This document shows positions 1 to 10,199 of a DNA stretch of 64,000 nucleotides, piece by piece. Numbering within the stretch: position 1 is the first letter of the stretch; every line of letters begins with the position of its first letter. The notes under the pieces were generated by a model. That model was not told where the DNA came from. It made no database searches and was given only the letters and a program-made list of their open reading frames with translations. The position numbers and the translations under genes are program-made. Source of the DNA: a virus; IMG/VR virus record IMGVR_UViG_3300032246_003079; one strand, written 5' to 3'.

Positions 1-593
1 TTTTTTAACTCACTTGGATTTTCTTCGGAATAATACTGACCATTTGTTGATGTTTCAACGTCAACATATACAACTCTGTCTTTCATGTATTTGTCCATAC
101 CTTTAATAATATTAAAATCAGAAGATTGTGCATCAATTTTAATTTGGTCAATAAATGGGATTTTTTCCCAAGGAAAACAATCAAAAAAATCATTAAGTGT
201 GATTACAGGCACATCTATAATATCAACAATTTCAAATGATTTTGGTTCAAATAAACTTGATGTCCCTGAATTATTATTACCTGTGCAATAAAATTTTTCA
301 GAATCTGAATTTTTATCCGATAATGCGCAATTTATAACAAAGAAAGTATTATCAATTCTTTCTTTTTCAATGTGGTGAGGCCAAAAATCTTGACCATCGT
401 ATATTGTTTTTATATTGTAAATGTTAGGTTCAAATCCAAAAACTAATAACTCGGTTTCTCTTTGTAACCATAGTTCAGAATTAGGTGCACTTAAAGATGT
501 GCCTATGTCAAGTTTTACTTTTTTGACCCATTCTGGAATTTTTATTTTTCCGTCGTTGCCCAAAATATTTTTTAAAATTTCATTTTTTTTCAT
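1..593 (-). CDS. FkbM-family methyltransferase (runs off the window edge; missing from ORF track)
   Basis: ATG at 593-591 overlaps the stop of 590..1240. My translation MKKNEILKNILGNDGKIKIPEWVKKVKLDIGTS...VFGFEPN...IKIDAQSSD carries the FkbM motifs DIG, FEP and KID. Confidence 0.8.
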   Translation of the reverse strand, partial: MKKNEILKNILGNDGKIKIPEWVKKVKLDIGTSLSAPNSELWLQRETELLVFGFEPNIYNIKTIYDGQDFWPHHIEKERIDNTFFVINCALSDKNSDSEKFYCTGNNNSGTSSLFEPKSFEIVDIIDVPVITLNDFFDCFPWEKIPFIDQIKIDAQSSDFNIIKGMDKYMKDRVVYVDVETSTNGQYYSEENPSELK

Positions 594-1240
594 ATTTTTT
601 TAAATACATAATTTTCATTATCAATAATATTAATTAGAGAATACCCAATACTTTTCATAAATTCAACAGCATCACTAACTTGAAATCCTCTTTTTTCTAA
701 TGCGTAATTTAATTCCACTAAAACAGTTGGGGACTGAGTTTCAAAAGTATTTTTTGAGCCTAATAAAACTTCATAATCATATGAGTCAACATCAATTTTA
801 ATAAAATCAACCTTTAATTTATTTTTTTCTACAAAATTATCAATCGTTTCGAAGTCAAAATCTTTTTCCTCGATTGATTGCTGAGACCAAATTTTAAATA
901 TTTTATCTTTTTTAATTCCTACTTTATCCGATAGAGGTTTTTTTATTAAAGTAATATTTTTACAGTCATTATGTAGACAATTTGCACTCAACATTTCGAA
1001 AGTTTCCGTAGGTTCAAATGAATAAACCTTACCATTAGAGCATATTTTTGAAAATAAAGTCGTATATAACCCTATTTGGGCCCCGCAATCTATAACTACA
1101 CTATCTTCTTTTAGATTTTCAATCACAAAAATTCTTGTGTTTGGTTCAGGATTAGAATACCAACCCAAATCACAATCGTAATAGTTAGGTAACTCAATAT
1201 CTATTTTATTTTGGTTTATATTGTAAGAATATTTTATCAT
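590..1240 (-). CDS. FkbM-family methyltransferase
   Basis: VIDCGAQIG, VYSFEP and FIKIDVDSYD motifs. Confidence 0.85.
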   Translation of the reverse strand: MIKYSYNINQNKIDIELPNYYDCDLGWYSNPEPNTRIFVIENLKEDSVVIDCGAQIGLYTTLFSKICSNGKVYSFEPTETFEMLSANCLHNDCKNITLIKKPLSDKVGIKKDKIFKIWSQQSIEEKDFDFETIDNFVEKNKLKVDFIKIDVDSYDYEVLLGSKNTFETQSPTVLVELNYALEKRGFQVSDAVEFMKSIGYSLINIIDNENYVFKKI

Positions 1241-2328
1241 TTTTTTTTATTTATTTCAGTAAGTGTTATTTCTTGAATTATTTGCTTTAATTCTATAGTT
1301 ATACCTGGCCAATCTGGAAAGTCTTTTTTAAATTTATTATAATTTGTGACGTAGTAAATATGGTCACCAATTCTATTTTTTTCATCGACAGAGTATTTAT
1401 CCCAAGTTATCCATTCGGGTATATTTTTTTTACATATTTCATTCACCATATCTATAGTTTCGATAATAGAAATTGAATTGTTAATTCCTCCACCCGCATT
1501 GTAAACTTCTCCTTTTTTTGGGTTCATATGATAAAACCAAAACATATTAACTAAATCAAAAGAATGAATATTATCTCTTACCTGTTTTCCTTTATAACCA
1601 TAAATTGTATAATGTTTGTTATTAACAATACATTTTATTAAATACGATAGAAATCCATGTAATTCTGCACCAGCATGGTCAGGACCCGTTAGACAACCTC
1701 CCCTAAAGCTAACAGTGTTCATATCAAAATACTTACCATATTCTTGAACCATTATATCTGCAGAAACTTTTGACGAACCAAAAACAGAGTGAAGACAATT
1801 ATCTATCGACAAACTTTCATCAAAAGTTTGTTCTAAAATGTCACCATCCAAAAAAAATCTAGTATTGTTTTCTTTATATTTTAATTTGTTAGGGTTGTCC
1901 CCATAAACTTTATTAGTTGAAGTAAAAATAAAAGTCGCATTATTACAATATAATCTAGTTAACTCTAAAATGTTTAGAGTACCTAGAGCGTTTACGGTAA
2001 AATCGGTTAGAGGTTCCTTTGAGGCCCAATCATGGGATGGTTGAGCTGCGGTATGGATTATTATTTCAATATCATTTTTGTGTAATTTAAAAATTTTTTC
2101 TAAACTATTATAATCTCTAATATCTATATTATTAAATTCAAAAAAATTTTTATAATCATTAATAAGTTTTTTAGTGGTGTTTTCTGTAGTATTTTCCTCA
2201 CCAAAAAAATAAGACCTCATGTGATTATCTATTCCAATCACAAAAAAACCCTTATCGATAAAAAATTTAACAGACTGAGAACCAATTAAGCCAGAGCATC
2301 CTGTAATTAATGTTATTTTTTTTTTCAT
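1237..2328 (-). CDS. NAD-dependent NDP-sugar epimerase/dehydratase (CDP-paratose 2-epimerase-like extended SDR)
   Basis: ITGCSGLIG Rossmann motif, HTAAQPSHDW, STNKVYGD, GKQVRDNIH. Confidence 0.85.
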   Translation of the reverse strand: MKKKITLITGCSGLIGSQSVKFFIDKGFFVIGIDNHMRSYFFGEENTTENTTKKLINDYKNFFEFNNIDIRDYNSLEKIFKLHKNDIEIIIHTAAQPSHDWASKEPLTDFTVNALGTLNILELTRLYCNNATFIFTSTNKVYGDNPNKLKYKENNTRFFLDGDILEQTFDESLSIDNCLHSVFGSSKVSADIMVQEYGKYFDMNTVSFRGGCLTGPDHAGAELHGFLSYLIKCIVNNKHYTIYGYKGKQVRDNIHSFDLVNMFWFYHMNPKKGEVYNAGGGINNSISIIETIDMVNEICKKNIPEWITWDKYSVDEKNRIGDHIYYVTNYNKFKKDFPDWPGITIELKQIIQEITLTEINKKK

Positions 2329-2930
2329 AGTTTTATATATAAGTAATCTATATTCACATTGCCGTATAAACTATATCCTTTTTTTAAAAAAAAGTCATTG
2401 AATGAGGATTCATGAAAATTATTTTCAACACAAATTACTTTTATTTGATATTTATCAAAATCAATATTATTTAATATTTGTAACTCAGAACCTTCAGTAT
2501 CTATTGATAAAAAATCAATTTCGGTTTTCTGAACCACAGAATCAAATTTTTTCGCGTCAATTTCAATTATCTCAGATTGACCTCCATATGTTTTTAATTC
2601 TGACATAATTCTATTATAATGTCTTGAATCGTAAGAGTCAAAAATTCCACTTAACATTTCCGTATAACCTGACAATGATAAAAATTTTATTTTACTATCT
2701 TCATTCCAAATTGCACAATTTACACATTCACAATTTCTATTTTTAATTAATTCTTTGTAAACATTAGGGTGAGGTTCTATACAAACACCATCCCAACCCA
2801 AATCTTCTAAAATTTTAGTGTTACTTATTGAAAACCCGTCATATGCTCCAATGTCCACAAAATAACCATTTTTTTTGTGTTTAAAAATTTCCAAAATTTT
2901 ATTTTCTAACTCTAAAATTCTTCCTCCCAT
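2325..2930 (-). CDS. FkbM-family methyltransferase
   Basis: FVDIGAYDG, CIEP, FLSIDTEGSE and VICVENN motifs. Confidence 0.85.
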   Translation of the reverse strand: MGGRILELENKILEIFKHKKNGYFVDIGAYDGFSISNTKILEDLGWDGVCIEPHPNVYKELIKNRNCECVNCAIWNEDSKIKFLSLSGYTEMLSGIFDSYDSRHYNRIMSELKTYGGQSEIIEIDAKKFDSVVQKTEIDFLSIDTEGSELQILNNIDFDKYQIKVICVENNFHESSFNDFFLKKGYSLYGNVNIDYLYIKL

Positions 2931-2995
2931 TTTTTTTGATTTTAATTTTTATTTTTATTTTTAATTTAATTAGTAAAAAAAAATTGTAAATATGA

Positions 2996-3832
2996 TTAAT
3001 TTTCTTTCAACTCTAATATTTTTTCATTAACCCTATCATACCAAAATCCATACTTTTCTTTAGCTGTTCTGTAGTTTTCAATTACATATTTAATTCTATT
3101 TGTGTAATCTTTTTCCGATAAATTATCTAAAATAGATTCTAACTCATTTTCTGTTTCAAAAAAAATTATACCATCCTTGTTAAAAAAATTAAAAACACTC
3201 GGGGTTCCCCAATAAATCGGGATTGTGTATGACATGAAACAGTCAACAATTTTTTCACTTATATAGTTGTTATTTTTTGTATTCTCAATCGATATATGAA
3301 ACATGGAATCCTCAAAAAGTTTATATTTTAGACTTCCTTCTATTGACTCGGGAAATAATAAATTAAATTTTCTTTTTTTTCTTATTATGTCTTTTGTTTC
3401 ATGTCTTAGTTTATGACCTGGTAAAAAATTTTTATTACTCATAACATGACTTAACTTAAATTTTTTATTTGTAGAAAAAATATTTTCATAATCTTTTTTA
3501 AGTGAAATAGGTTTTTTTTCTTTGTCCGTAAGAATCCAACAAGACGCATAAAGAAATAATTCAGAATTTTCACAAAAATTTAAAACCTCCTCGAATGATG
3601 TTAATATTTTGTCAAAATAAATTTTATTTTGAATTATTTCATTTGAAATATTATTTAACTCTACGGGTTCCATTCCCTGTATCAAAAGTAATTTATCAAA
3701 TTTTTTTCTGTCGGATAAAAGTTGATTTTTAAAATATGATTTTGGGGGGTCAATTATTATTTTTAAATTAAAATTATCAAAACTTAAAAAGTTGTTTCCC
3801 GGACAACCAAATTGTGAATATGTTTCAGTCAT
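2996..3832 (-). CDS. GT10-like (alpha-1,3-fucosyltransferase-like) glycosyltransferase
   Basis: FHISIENTKNNNYISEKIVDCF...IPIYWG fucosyltransferase motif. Confidence 0.75.
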   Translation of the reverse strand: MTETYSQFGCPGNNFLSFDNFNLKIIIDPPKSYFKNQLLSDRKKFDKLLLIQGMEPVELNNISNEIIQNKIYFDKILTSFEEVLNFCENSELFLYASCWILTDKEKKPISLKKDYENIFSTNKKFKLSHVMSNKNFLPGHKLRHETKDIIRKKRKFNLLFPESIEGSLKYKLFEDSMFHISIENTKNNNYISEKIVDCFMSYTIPIYWGTPSVFNFFNKDGIIFFETENELESILDNLSEKDYTNRIKYVIENYRTAKEKYGFWYDRVNEKILELKEN

Positions 3833-3835
3833 AAA

Positions 3836-4411
3836 TTAAATTTTTGGGTAAATATATATTAAACCGGAGTCAACACAATCAACGTTATTATTATAATGAA
3901 AATTATACCCTTCTTCATTATAAATCTTGTTTATAAAAGATTCTATGTATTTGAAATCTAAATTTTGTTCCCCGTATCTATCAAATCCAAATTTAGGTTT
4001 TCCACGTTCGTCAGGAACATAAAAATCATGTATTATAATAATAGGTTTTACCTTTTTTTCAATAAAAACTTTTAATTCGTCATGAATAGGCCAATAGTTG
4101 TGCCAATGAGCATCAAGAAAAACTAATAAGTTTTTTTCATTGTAATCAATTATTTTTTCTAAAATTTCAGGTGATGAACCTAATATAATTTCAACATTGT
4201 TAATTTTTTCTTCTGATATATTTTTTTTGGCAATTTCAAAATTTTCTTCAGAAATTTCAATAGAAAAAACATTTACCCCAAATTCGGATAATTTTTTTGT
4301 AGACCATCCATGGTATGTGCCAGTTTCAATAATTTTATTTATCTTGTGTGAATTTATAAGTTTTTTAAATTCATCATATACAAACTTATCTTCTAATGCT
4401 CCTTTAATCAT
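3836..4411 (-). CDS. Class I SAM-dependent methyltransferase
   Basis: IIETGTYHGWST, SIEI, FLDAH, IIIHD. Confidence 0.75.
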   Translation of the reverse strand: MIKGALEDKFVYDEFKKLINSHKINKIIETGTYHGWSTKKLSEFGVNVFSIEISEENFEIAKKNISEEKINNVEIILGSSPEILEKIIDYNEKNLLVFLDAHWHNYWPIHDELKVFIEKKVKPIIIIHDFYVPDERGKPKFGFDRYGEQNLDFKYIESFINKIYNEEGYNFHYNNNVDCVDSGLIYIYPKI

Positions 4412-5166
4412 ATTTTTTTAAATACTGGTATTTCTACCATTTTGTGTTTATTTTTATTATTCAAAGATTTAAATATTTTGATGACTTCTTTATCTCTTTC
4501 AGAAAGACTATCTAAATTTTCTTCATTGTTATTTTCCAGGTAATACATGGCAAATTCTAATTCTTCGTAAGTTGCTCCGATTTGGTCTTCATCGGTTCTA
4601 TCATCATCCCACAATCCGTCAGTCGGTTTTGCCAAAACTATGTCTTCTATTATACCAATTTTTTTCGCTAAATCCCTAACTTCAGTTTTTGTTAAATCGG
4701 CAATAGGGGAAATATCTACCCCTCCATCCCCATATTTAGTAAAAAATCCGACACCAAAATCTTCTATTTTATTACCAGTTCCGACTACTATACCATTATT
4801 ATTACTTGATATATGGTACAATGTAGTCATTCTAAGTCTAGAACGAGAGTTTGCCAATGATAATTCAGTTGAACATTCAAATAAAGATTTAAAATTTTCA
4901 AAAATATTAGTTAAATCAAATTCCAAAAATTCAACATTATTAAAATTATTCATGAGCCAATTTATGTGATTATGAGCCCTATTTATTTGTTTTTTATTTT
5001 GGTGTATTGGAATGCTGACAACAAATGTTTTAATTTTTGTTTTGGCACAAAGGGTTGAAACAACTGCGGAGTCAATACCACCTGATACACCAACAACAAA
5101 ACATAAATTATTATTATCCGTACTATACCTTATAAGCCAATCAACTATTCTGTTTTCTAAATTCAT
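4408..5166 (-). CDS. nadE: NH3-dependent NAD+ synthetase
   Basis: VSGGIDS PP-loop, NSRSRLRM, GTGNKIED, FFTKYGDG, PIADLTKTEV, PTDGLW...TDEDQIGATY. Confidence 0.92.
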   Translation of the reverse strand: MNLENRIVDWLIRYSTDNNNLCFVVGVSGGIDSAVVSTLCAKTKIKTFVVSIPIHQNKKQINRAHNHINWLMNNFNNVEFLEFDLTNIFENFKSLFECSTELSLANSRSRLRMTTLYHISSNNNGIVVGTGNKIEDFGVGFFTKYGDGGVDISPIADLTKTEVRDLAKKIGIIEDIVLAKPTDGLWDDDRTDEDQIGATYEELEFAMYYLENNNEENLDSLSERDKEVIKIFKSLNNKNKHKMVEIPVFKKI

Positions 5167-6242
5167 ATAATATTTTTTAGTTGATTTATTACTTCTTCTC
5201 TGTTGTCGGATACTACAACATTATATCCCATATTTTTTAAACTTAAGGCAAATTTAAGTTGTTGGGATTCTTCGATTAAGGTACTTTCTTTTTTATATGT
5301 AACGTATGGTATTACAACTTTTTTAGTCATATCGGGATTGTTTTTAACAAAATTTTGAATTTGATATTCTAAATGTTTTTCATTCATTATGTCTGTAGAT
5401 TTTGAAATTACTGCGTCAATGCCAACTTCTTCCGCACATTTAGATAGTGCACGATTATCTCTTGGAAAACAAGGTCCCCCAAAACCAAATCCGGGTTTAA
5501 GGTATTTATTTCCGATTCTACTATCTGAACCAACAGCATTTAAAATAACATTAGGATTACAATTCATCCTCTCAGATATGTCACCTATCATGTTTGCAAA
5601 ACTTATTTTAGTTGTGAGAAAACAGTTAACTGACAATTTTGTTAATTCAGATTCTGTTCTTGACATGCGGTTTACTATTGGATTAGAATCACACATTACT
5701 TTATATATGTGCTCAATCGTATTTCCTGCCGTTTCGTCTGATTCACCTATTAACACACTATCACAATTCAATTGGTCCATAATAATACTACCTTGAGCAA
5801 TAAATTCTGGATTATAAGACACAAAATAATTTAAATCTGACAATCTTTTTTGGATTGTGTCACAGTATCCTGGAAAAGTTGTTGAGTTTATAATTAAATC
5901 TTTACGGGTATTTTGTTTTCCGATTTTAATTAACTCATCAACTATATTATCTATTTGAGTGTGGTCGTATTTCCATTCTGGTGTTGATGGAGTTTTTACA
6001 ACAACAAATATTATATCATTTTTTAACGCTAATTCAAGAGAAGTTGTAAAAATAATATTTTTGGAACTTTGTAAAAATTCATTAACGTATGGTTCTGTAC
6101 TTTTAAAACTTTTATTATTTAATGAACCTACATATGACTCAGAAACGTCAACCCCTATTATATTAAATCCTTTTCTTTCTAAATTTAACGATAAACATAA
6201 GCCTAATTTGCCAACACCTATAATTGATATATTATTTTTCAT
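5163..6242 (-). CDS. UDP-glucose/GDP-mannose dehydrogenase family protein
   Basis: IIGVGKLG, YNPEFIAQG, KISFAN and GFGGPCFPRD catalytic-Cys motif. Confidence 0.9.
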   Translation of the reverse strand: MKNNISIIGVGKLGLCLSLNLERKGFNIIGVDVSESYVGSLNNKSFKSTEPYVNEFLQSSKNIIFTTSLELALKNDIIFVVVKTPSTPEWKYDHTQIDNIVDELIKIGKQNTRKDLIINSTTFPGYCDTIQKRLSDLNYFVSYNPEFIAQGSIIMDQLNCDSVLIGESDETAGNTIEHIYKVMCDSNPIVNRMSRTESELTKLSVNCFLTTKISFANMIGDISERMNCNPNVILNAVGSDSRIGNKYLKPGFGFGGPCFPRDNRALSKCAEEVGIDAVISKSTDIMNEKHLEYQIQNFVKNNPDMTKKVVIPYVTYKKESTLIEESQQLKFALSLKNMGYNVVVSDNREEVINQLKNII

Positions 6243-6251
6243 GTTATAAAA

Positions 6252-7013
6252 TTAAATTATATTACCATAATTGTCAACTAAAAAAGTTGACGGGTACCAA
6301 GAATGAAAAAAATTGTTACGTGAATAGACATATTTATTTTGACCATAAAGATGAGAAACCCAACTAAAAGAACTATTCGAGGTTACTAATATTTCACTTG
6401 TAATTAAATGATATAATGTTGTTACTATATCACCGTTCAAATGTATTTTTGCGTTAAATTTTTTTTCAAATATTTCAAAATCTTCATCCTTACCTTGAGA
6501 AAAAATATGAACATCTAAATTTTTTCCGTGAATACTATGTATGTTTGTAATTAAATTTATAAAATAATTTTTTTTATTTTCTGAATAATATTCCCTGTTA
6601 TAATCAAAACAAACATCTTGAGGATTAATATTTCTTATATGTACGGATAAAGTTTTTTTATTTTTATCAAAGTAGTTTATTCCTGTGTATTTTATTTTTT
6701 CAAATAACTCAGGAATATATTTTTGTTTTACAGAATTTTCAGACTCACCCCAATTTTTTAATAGATATGATGGTTCAATATAGTTTGTCCCAACTTCCCC
6801 TTCTGATGAGATATTAAAAAAATCATTTAGTTTTTTATTAAAAATTTCTTTTTCCTCTCCAACATATTGGTAATGTGATATGTTCTGTAAACCAGGGAAA
6901 AACATTTTCTTATTATTGACCCTACAATACGCATATAAGTGAAGTTGTGACTGTAAAATTGAACCTAAACCTTCTTCGTCATTACCGTCATATCTTGTGT
7001 AATAGTATTCCAT
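6252..7013 (-). CDS. GT11-like glycosyltransferase (divergent)
   Basis: EGLGSILQ start, SVHIR, SNSSFSW; same motif order as the adjacent GT11. Confidence 0.55.
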   Translation of the reverse strand: MEYYYTRYDGNDEEGLGSILQSQLHLYAYCRVNNKKMFFPGLQNISHYQYVGEEKEIFNKKLNDFFNISSEGEVGTNYIEPSYLLKNWGESENSVKQKYIPELFEKIKYTGINYFDKNKKTLSVHIRNINPQDVCFDYNREYYSENKKNYFINLITNIHSIHGKNLDVHIFSQGKDEDFEIFEKKFNAKIHLNGDIVTTLYHLITSEILVTSNSSFSWVSHLYGQNKYVYSRNNFFHSWYPSTFLVDNYGNII

Positions 7014-7016
7014 ATG

Positions 7017-7829
7017 TTATTCTAAAAAACCATTTTTATAAGACACATCAATAATTTTCCAATAATCTTCGTATATGTCTTTGTAATTTTTAGGACCTCT
7101 TGGTCCGAACCAAATTGAAGGTGACAATATTTTTTTATCTGGGTTTTTATTTAAGAACGACGACCACCAAGAAAAAGTTGAGTTTACTATAATGTTGTGA
7201 TTACAAAGAGACATTAACCACATTTCTTCGTAATCCTCAAGGTTTTCGATAAACGTAGAATTTTTTAATTTAATGTTATTTTTTACCCATTCTTTATCAT
7301 CTCCAAAAATAAAAACATGTTTGTATTCCCCAACAATATTTAACGATTTTTCAATATATTTTTCGTTTGCGATAGGGTGAATATCTAAATTAAAAAAACA
7401 ATCCCCCCTACGTGTGTGTATGGATAAAGTATTATCTTGTTTTAATTGTGGATATTTATCATACATCTTATTTATAAAATCTTCAGTCGGGGAAAAAATA
7501 TTTTTAATTTGTTCATCATATCCCAAAAAGTTTTTACTACTTTGAAAATACCCTTCAAAGACAGTGCTATTAGTTTTTGGATTTACTTCAGAATATTCCC
7601 AAGGACCTTCAACAACTTTTTCAAATCCATCAATAGACTCAACAAACTTTAAATTTCTAAAAACGTTATTAATATAGTTTGAAGCTTGTCTACCTTGCAT
7701 TGGTGTCCATGATTTAGGGACAAAAACTACTTCTCTATCGTGTTTTATTCCTTGTGCCAATGCGTGAGCCGCTTGAAATAATTGATTACCTAAACCACCC
7801 ATTAAATTACATGAGATTAAATTATTCAT
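7017..7829 (-). CDS. GT11 alpha-1,2-fucosyltransferase-like protein
   Basis: GGLGNQLF, GYFQS, SIHTRRGD, NSTFSWW. Confidence 0.88.
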   Translation of the reverse strand: MNNLISCNLMGGLGNQLFQAAHALAQGIKHDREVVFVPKSWTPMQGRQASNYINNVFRNLKFVESIDGFEKVVEGPWEYSEVNPKTNSTVFEGYFQSSKNFLGYDEQIKNIFSPTEDFINKMYDKYPQLKQDNTLSIHTRRGDCFFNLDIHPIANEKYIEKSLNIVGEYKHVFIFGDDKEWVKNNIKLKNSTFIENLEDYEEMWLMSLCNHNIIVNSTFSWWSSFLNKNPDKKILSPSIWFGPRGPKNYKDIYEDYWKIIDVSYKNGFLE

Positions 7830-8563
7830 TTAACTAACTTATTTAATTTTTGTTTATTTCTAACCATGTTTGATACTTTTATTTGTTCAAGATTGGAGCC
7901 ACTAGCGCTACCTTGTTTGTGGTCATTATATGGGTTTTCTTCATTATAAACTAATAGTATATCGGGTATAAATTCATAATGATTTTCACCTGACATTTCA
8001 ACCATAGGGAATGAGTACGCAACATCAGCCCCTGATTTAAAATAATTTTTATTTTCATCTAAAAACATTTCTTCATCTATACTTCTCCATAAATGAGCTT
8101 TCCAAGTTCTTAAATGGGAAAAAACAAATAAGTCACGTCTTATTGTGTTAGGATTCGCCTTTGCCGAAAACCCCATCCTTCCATCAGAATATATAAAACT
8201 ACCGTTAGTAATCCAAAGATTTTTGTTTTTAGAATATCTATCAAAAACTTTTTGTAAAACTAATTCATTATAAAACCAATCATCACCATCCAACTCAACA
8301 ATAATATCTTCATCATCAATTAATGATTCATCCATCAATAAGTCATCTAAATTTTTTAATTTGAACTTTTTTTCAGTGTTTTTGATATAAACAAATCTTT
8401 CATCACCTTCTATTAATTTTTCTATGATTTGATTTGTATTGTCATTAGACATATCATCAATTAAATACATTTTAAAGTCCCGATAAGTTTGAGATTTAAC
8501 CGAATTAATACATTTTTCAATATAGTTTTCAACATTCCAAAAACAACTTACAACTTTAATCAT
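7826..8563 (-). CDS. GT2-family glycosyltransferase
   Basis: WNVENYIEKCINSV, IDDMSND, LDGDD (DxD). Confidence 0.85.
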   Translation of the reverse strand: MIKVVSCFWNVENYIEKCINSVKSQTYRDFKMYLIDDMSNDNTNQIIEKLIEGDERFVYIKNTEKKFKLKNLDDLLMDESLIDDEDIIVELDGDDWFYNELVLQKVFDRYSKNKNLWITNGSFIYSDGRMGFSAKANPNTIRRDLFVFSHLRTWKAHLWRSIDEEMFLDENKNYFKSGADVAYSFPMVEMSGENHYEFIPDILLVYNEENPYNDHKQGSASGSNLEQIKVSNMVRNKQKLNKLVK

Positions 8564-10199
8564 TTAAAACTTTAATATATTCTTCTTTTATTTTTTTCGC
8601 CACTTCAATTGAGTCAAATTTACTAACATCTGTCGGTGGTGTATGTAATTTTTTATCTAAAATATAACCACTACTTTCAACATTGTAAATCCACCCAGGT
8701 TTATTACACATCCAACCTTCAATAGTTGTTCTTCCCAAAAGAATACCTGCAGTTTCAGAACAGTTTTTAACATACTGTTCAACTTTACTTGTCGCGTTAA
8801 AATGTTTTACGTGTGGATTTTTTAATAAATCATCCAAGTAATTTGATTTATTTTCACCAACTAACCATAATTCTTTATTAATTTCAGAGGAGTATGTAAC
8901 TAAATCTTTTATTGTATTTTCTCTTAAATAATCAATTGTCCCAACAAACAAAACGTAATTATCATTTTTAATATTATTTGAATTGAATCTTTTTGTGTCG
9001 ATTGGATTATAAATTACTTCAGTATTATTTTTATCGATATTAAATTTTTCGACAATATGGTTTTGTATCTCAGGACGAATGCAAATATATTTTTTAATTG
9101 AATCGTTAATAATTGGATTTTCTAATTCTATGACTTCAGAATGTATTGTTGATATTTTTGAAATATTAGGATACATCTGACACATTTGATTTGAAACGGG
9201 AGTGTGTTGAGTATGGATTATATCATAATTAACATCACCAATTTTGTACATTACATTTGGTTGTGTTGGTTGAAATCCTTGTGGTGTGTTAAATCCCCAC
9301 TTTCCATCTCCCATTTTGTAACCAGGAGCATCTTGAAATGAAACTACTTTGATTCCTTGTTGTTTTGCTAATTGAGATAAGGGTCCATTAATGTCTGAAA
9401 GTACCGTAACATCACAATTTAACTTTTTTAATCCTCTTGCTAATTCATAAACATACATTTCTGAACCTGTAAAAGTTTTAAAAAATAAACAAGACAATAA
9501 AACTTTTAAAGGTGAATCGATTGTAAGATTTCGTTTGATTTTAACGGGTAAAACATCTTTGAATTTTTCTGCAAACTCTTCTCTATTTTTTTCCCATTGT
9601 TCATTAGTCATTCCGATTGATTTATGCGTGACTCTAACATCATACATAACACCTATTTTAACATCTTCTAAATAATTTCTAAAAGAAAAATCTACATCGT
9701 AAAAGTGAAACCCTTTAACTTCTTCGTTAAAGTTGTGTTTAATATTTTTTTTATTAATTGCCATAAATAATCCATCTACCAACAATACGTCATCTAACTG
9801 ATTACCCTTACTTGTTGAATATTTTGACTCCCATTTTTTTCCTTCATGTTCATGATTAACAATTCCTTTAAGTTTTGAAAAATCTTCCCACCATTTACCA
9901 GAAGAAGGTAATGATGTTGAGCCCGCAACTCCAAGAATGCCGTAGTCAGAATTTCTTTTAAAATAATTCAAAACCTTTGATGCCCAATTCTTACTGTCAA
10001 AATAAATGTCGTGATGCATAAATACAACTATATCATATTTTGATTCTTTTAAACCTTTATTATAAATCTCGGTTAAAGAATATTCTCCGTTATTTTTATA
10101 TCCTAAAAATTCAATTTTATTATGTAAACCACTATTTTTAGTAGTTTCTTTTTTAAAATTTTCTAAATCGTATTGAGATGAGCAAACTACACTTATCAT
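8556..10199 (-). CDS. Two-domain glycosyltransferase (N-terminal GT-A/GT2-like plus C-terminal GT-B/GT4-like)
   Basis: VFMHHDI, VDGLF and FHFYDVD in the N-half; FTGSEMYVYELA, IYNPID and GRTTIEGW in the C-half. Confidence 0.8.
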   Translation of the reverse strand: MISVVCSSQYDLENFKKETTKNSGLHNKIEFLGYKNNGEYSLTEIYNKGLKESKYDIVVFMHHDIYFDSKNWASKVLNYFKRNSDYGILGVAGSTSLPSSGKWWEDFSKLKGIVNHEHEGKKWESKYSTSKGNQLDDVLLVDGLFMAINKKNIKHNFNEEVKGFHFYDVDFSFRNYLEDVKIGVMYDVRVTHKSIGMTNEQWEKNREEFAEKFKDVLPVKIKRNLTIDSPLKVLLSCLFFKTFTGSEMYVYELARGLKKLNCDVTVLSDINGPLSQLAKQQGIKVVSFQDAPGYKMGDGKWGFNTPQGFQPTQPNVMYKIGDVNYDIIHTQHTPVSNQMCQMYPNISKISTIHSEVIELENPIINDSIKKYICIRPEIQNHIVEKFNIDKNNTEVIYNPIDTKRFNSNNIKNDNYVLFVGTIDYLRENTIKDLVTYSSEINKELWLVGENKSNYLDDLLKNPHVKHFNATSKVEQYVKNCSETAGILLGRTTIEGWMCNKPGWIYNVESSGYILDKKLHTPPTDVSKFDSIEVAKKIKEEYIKVLND

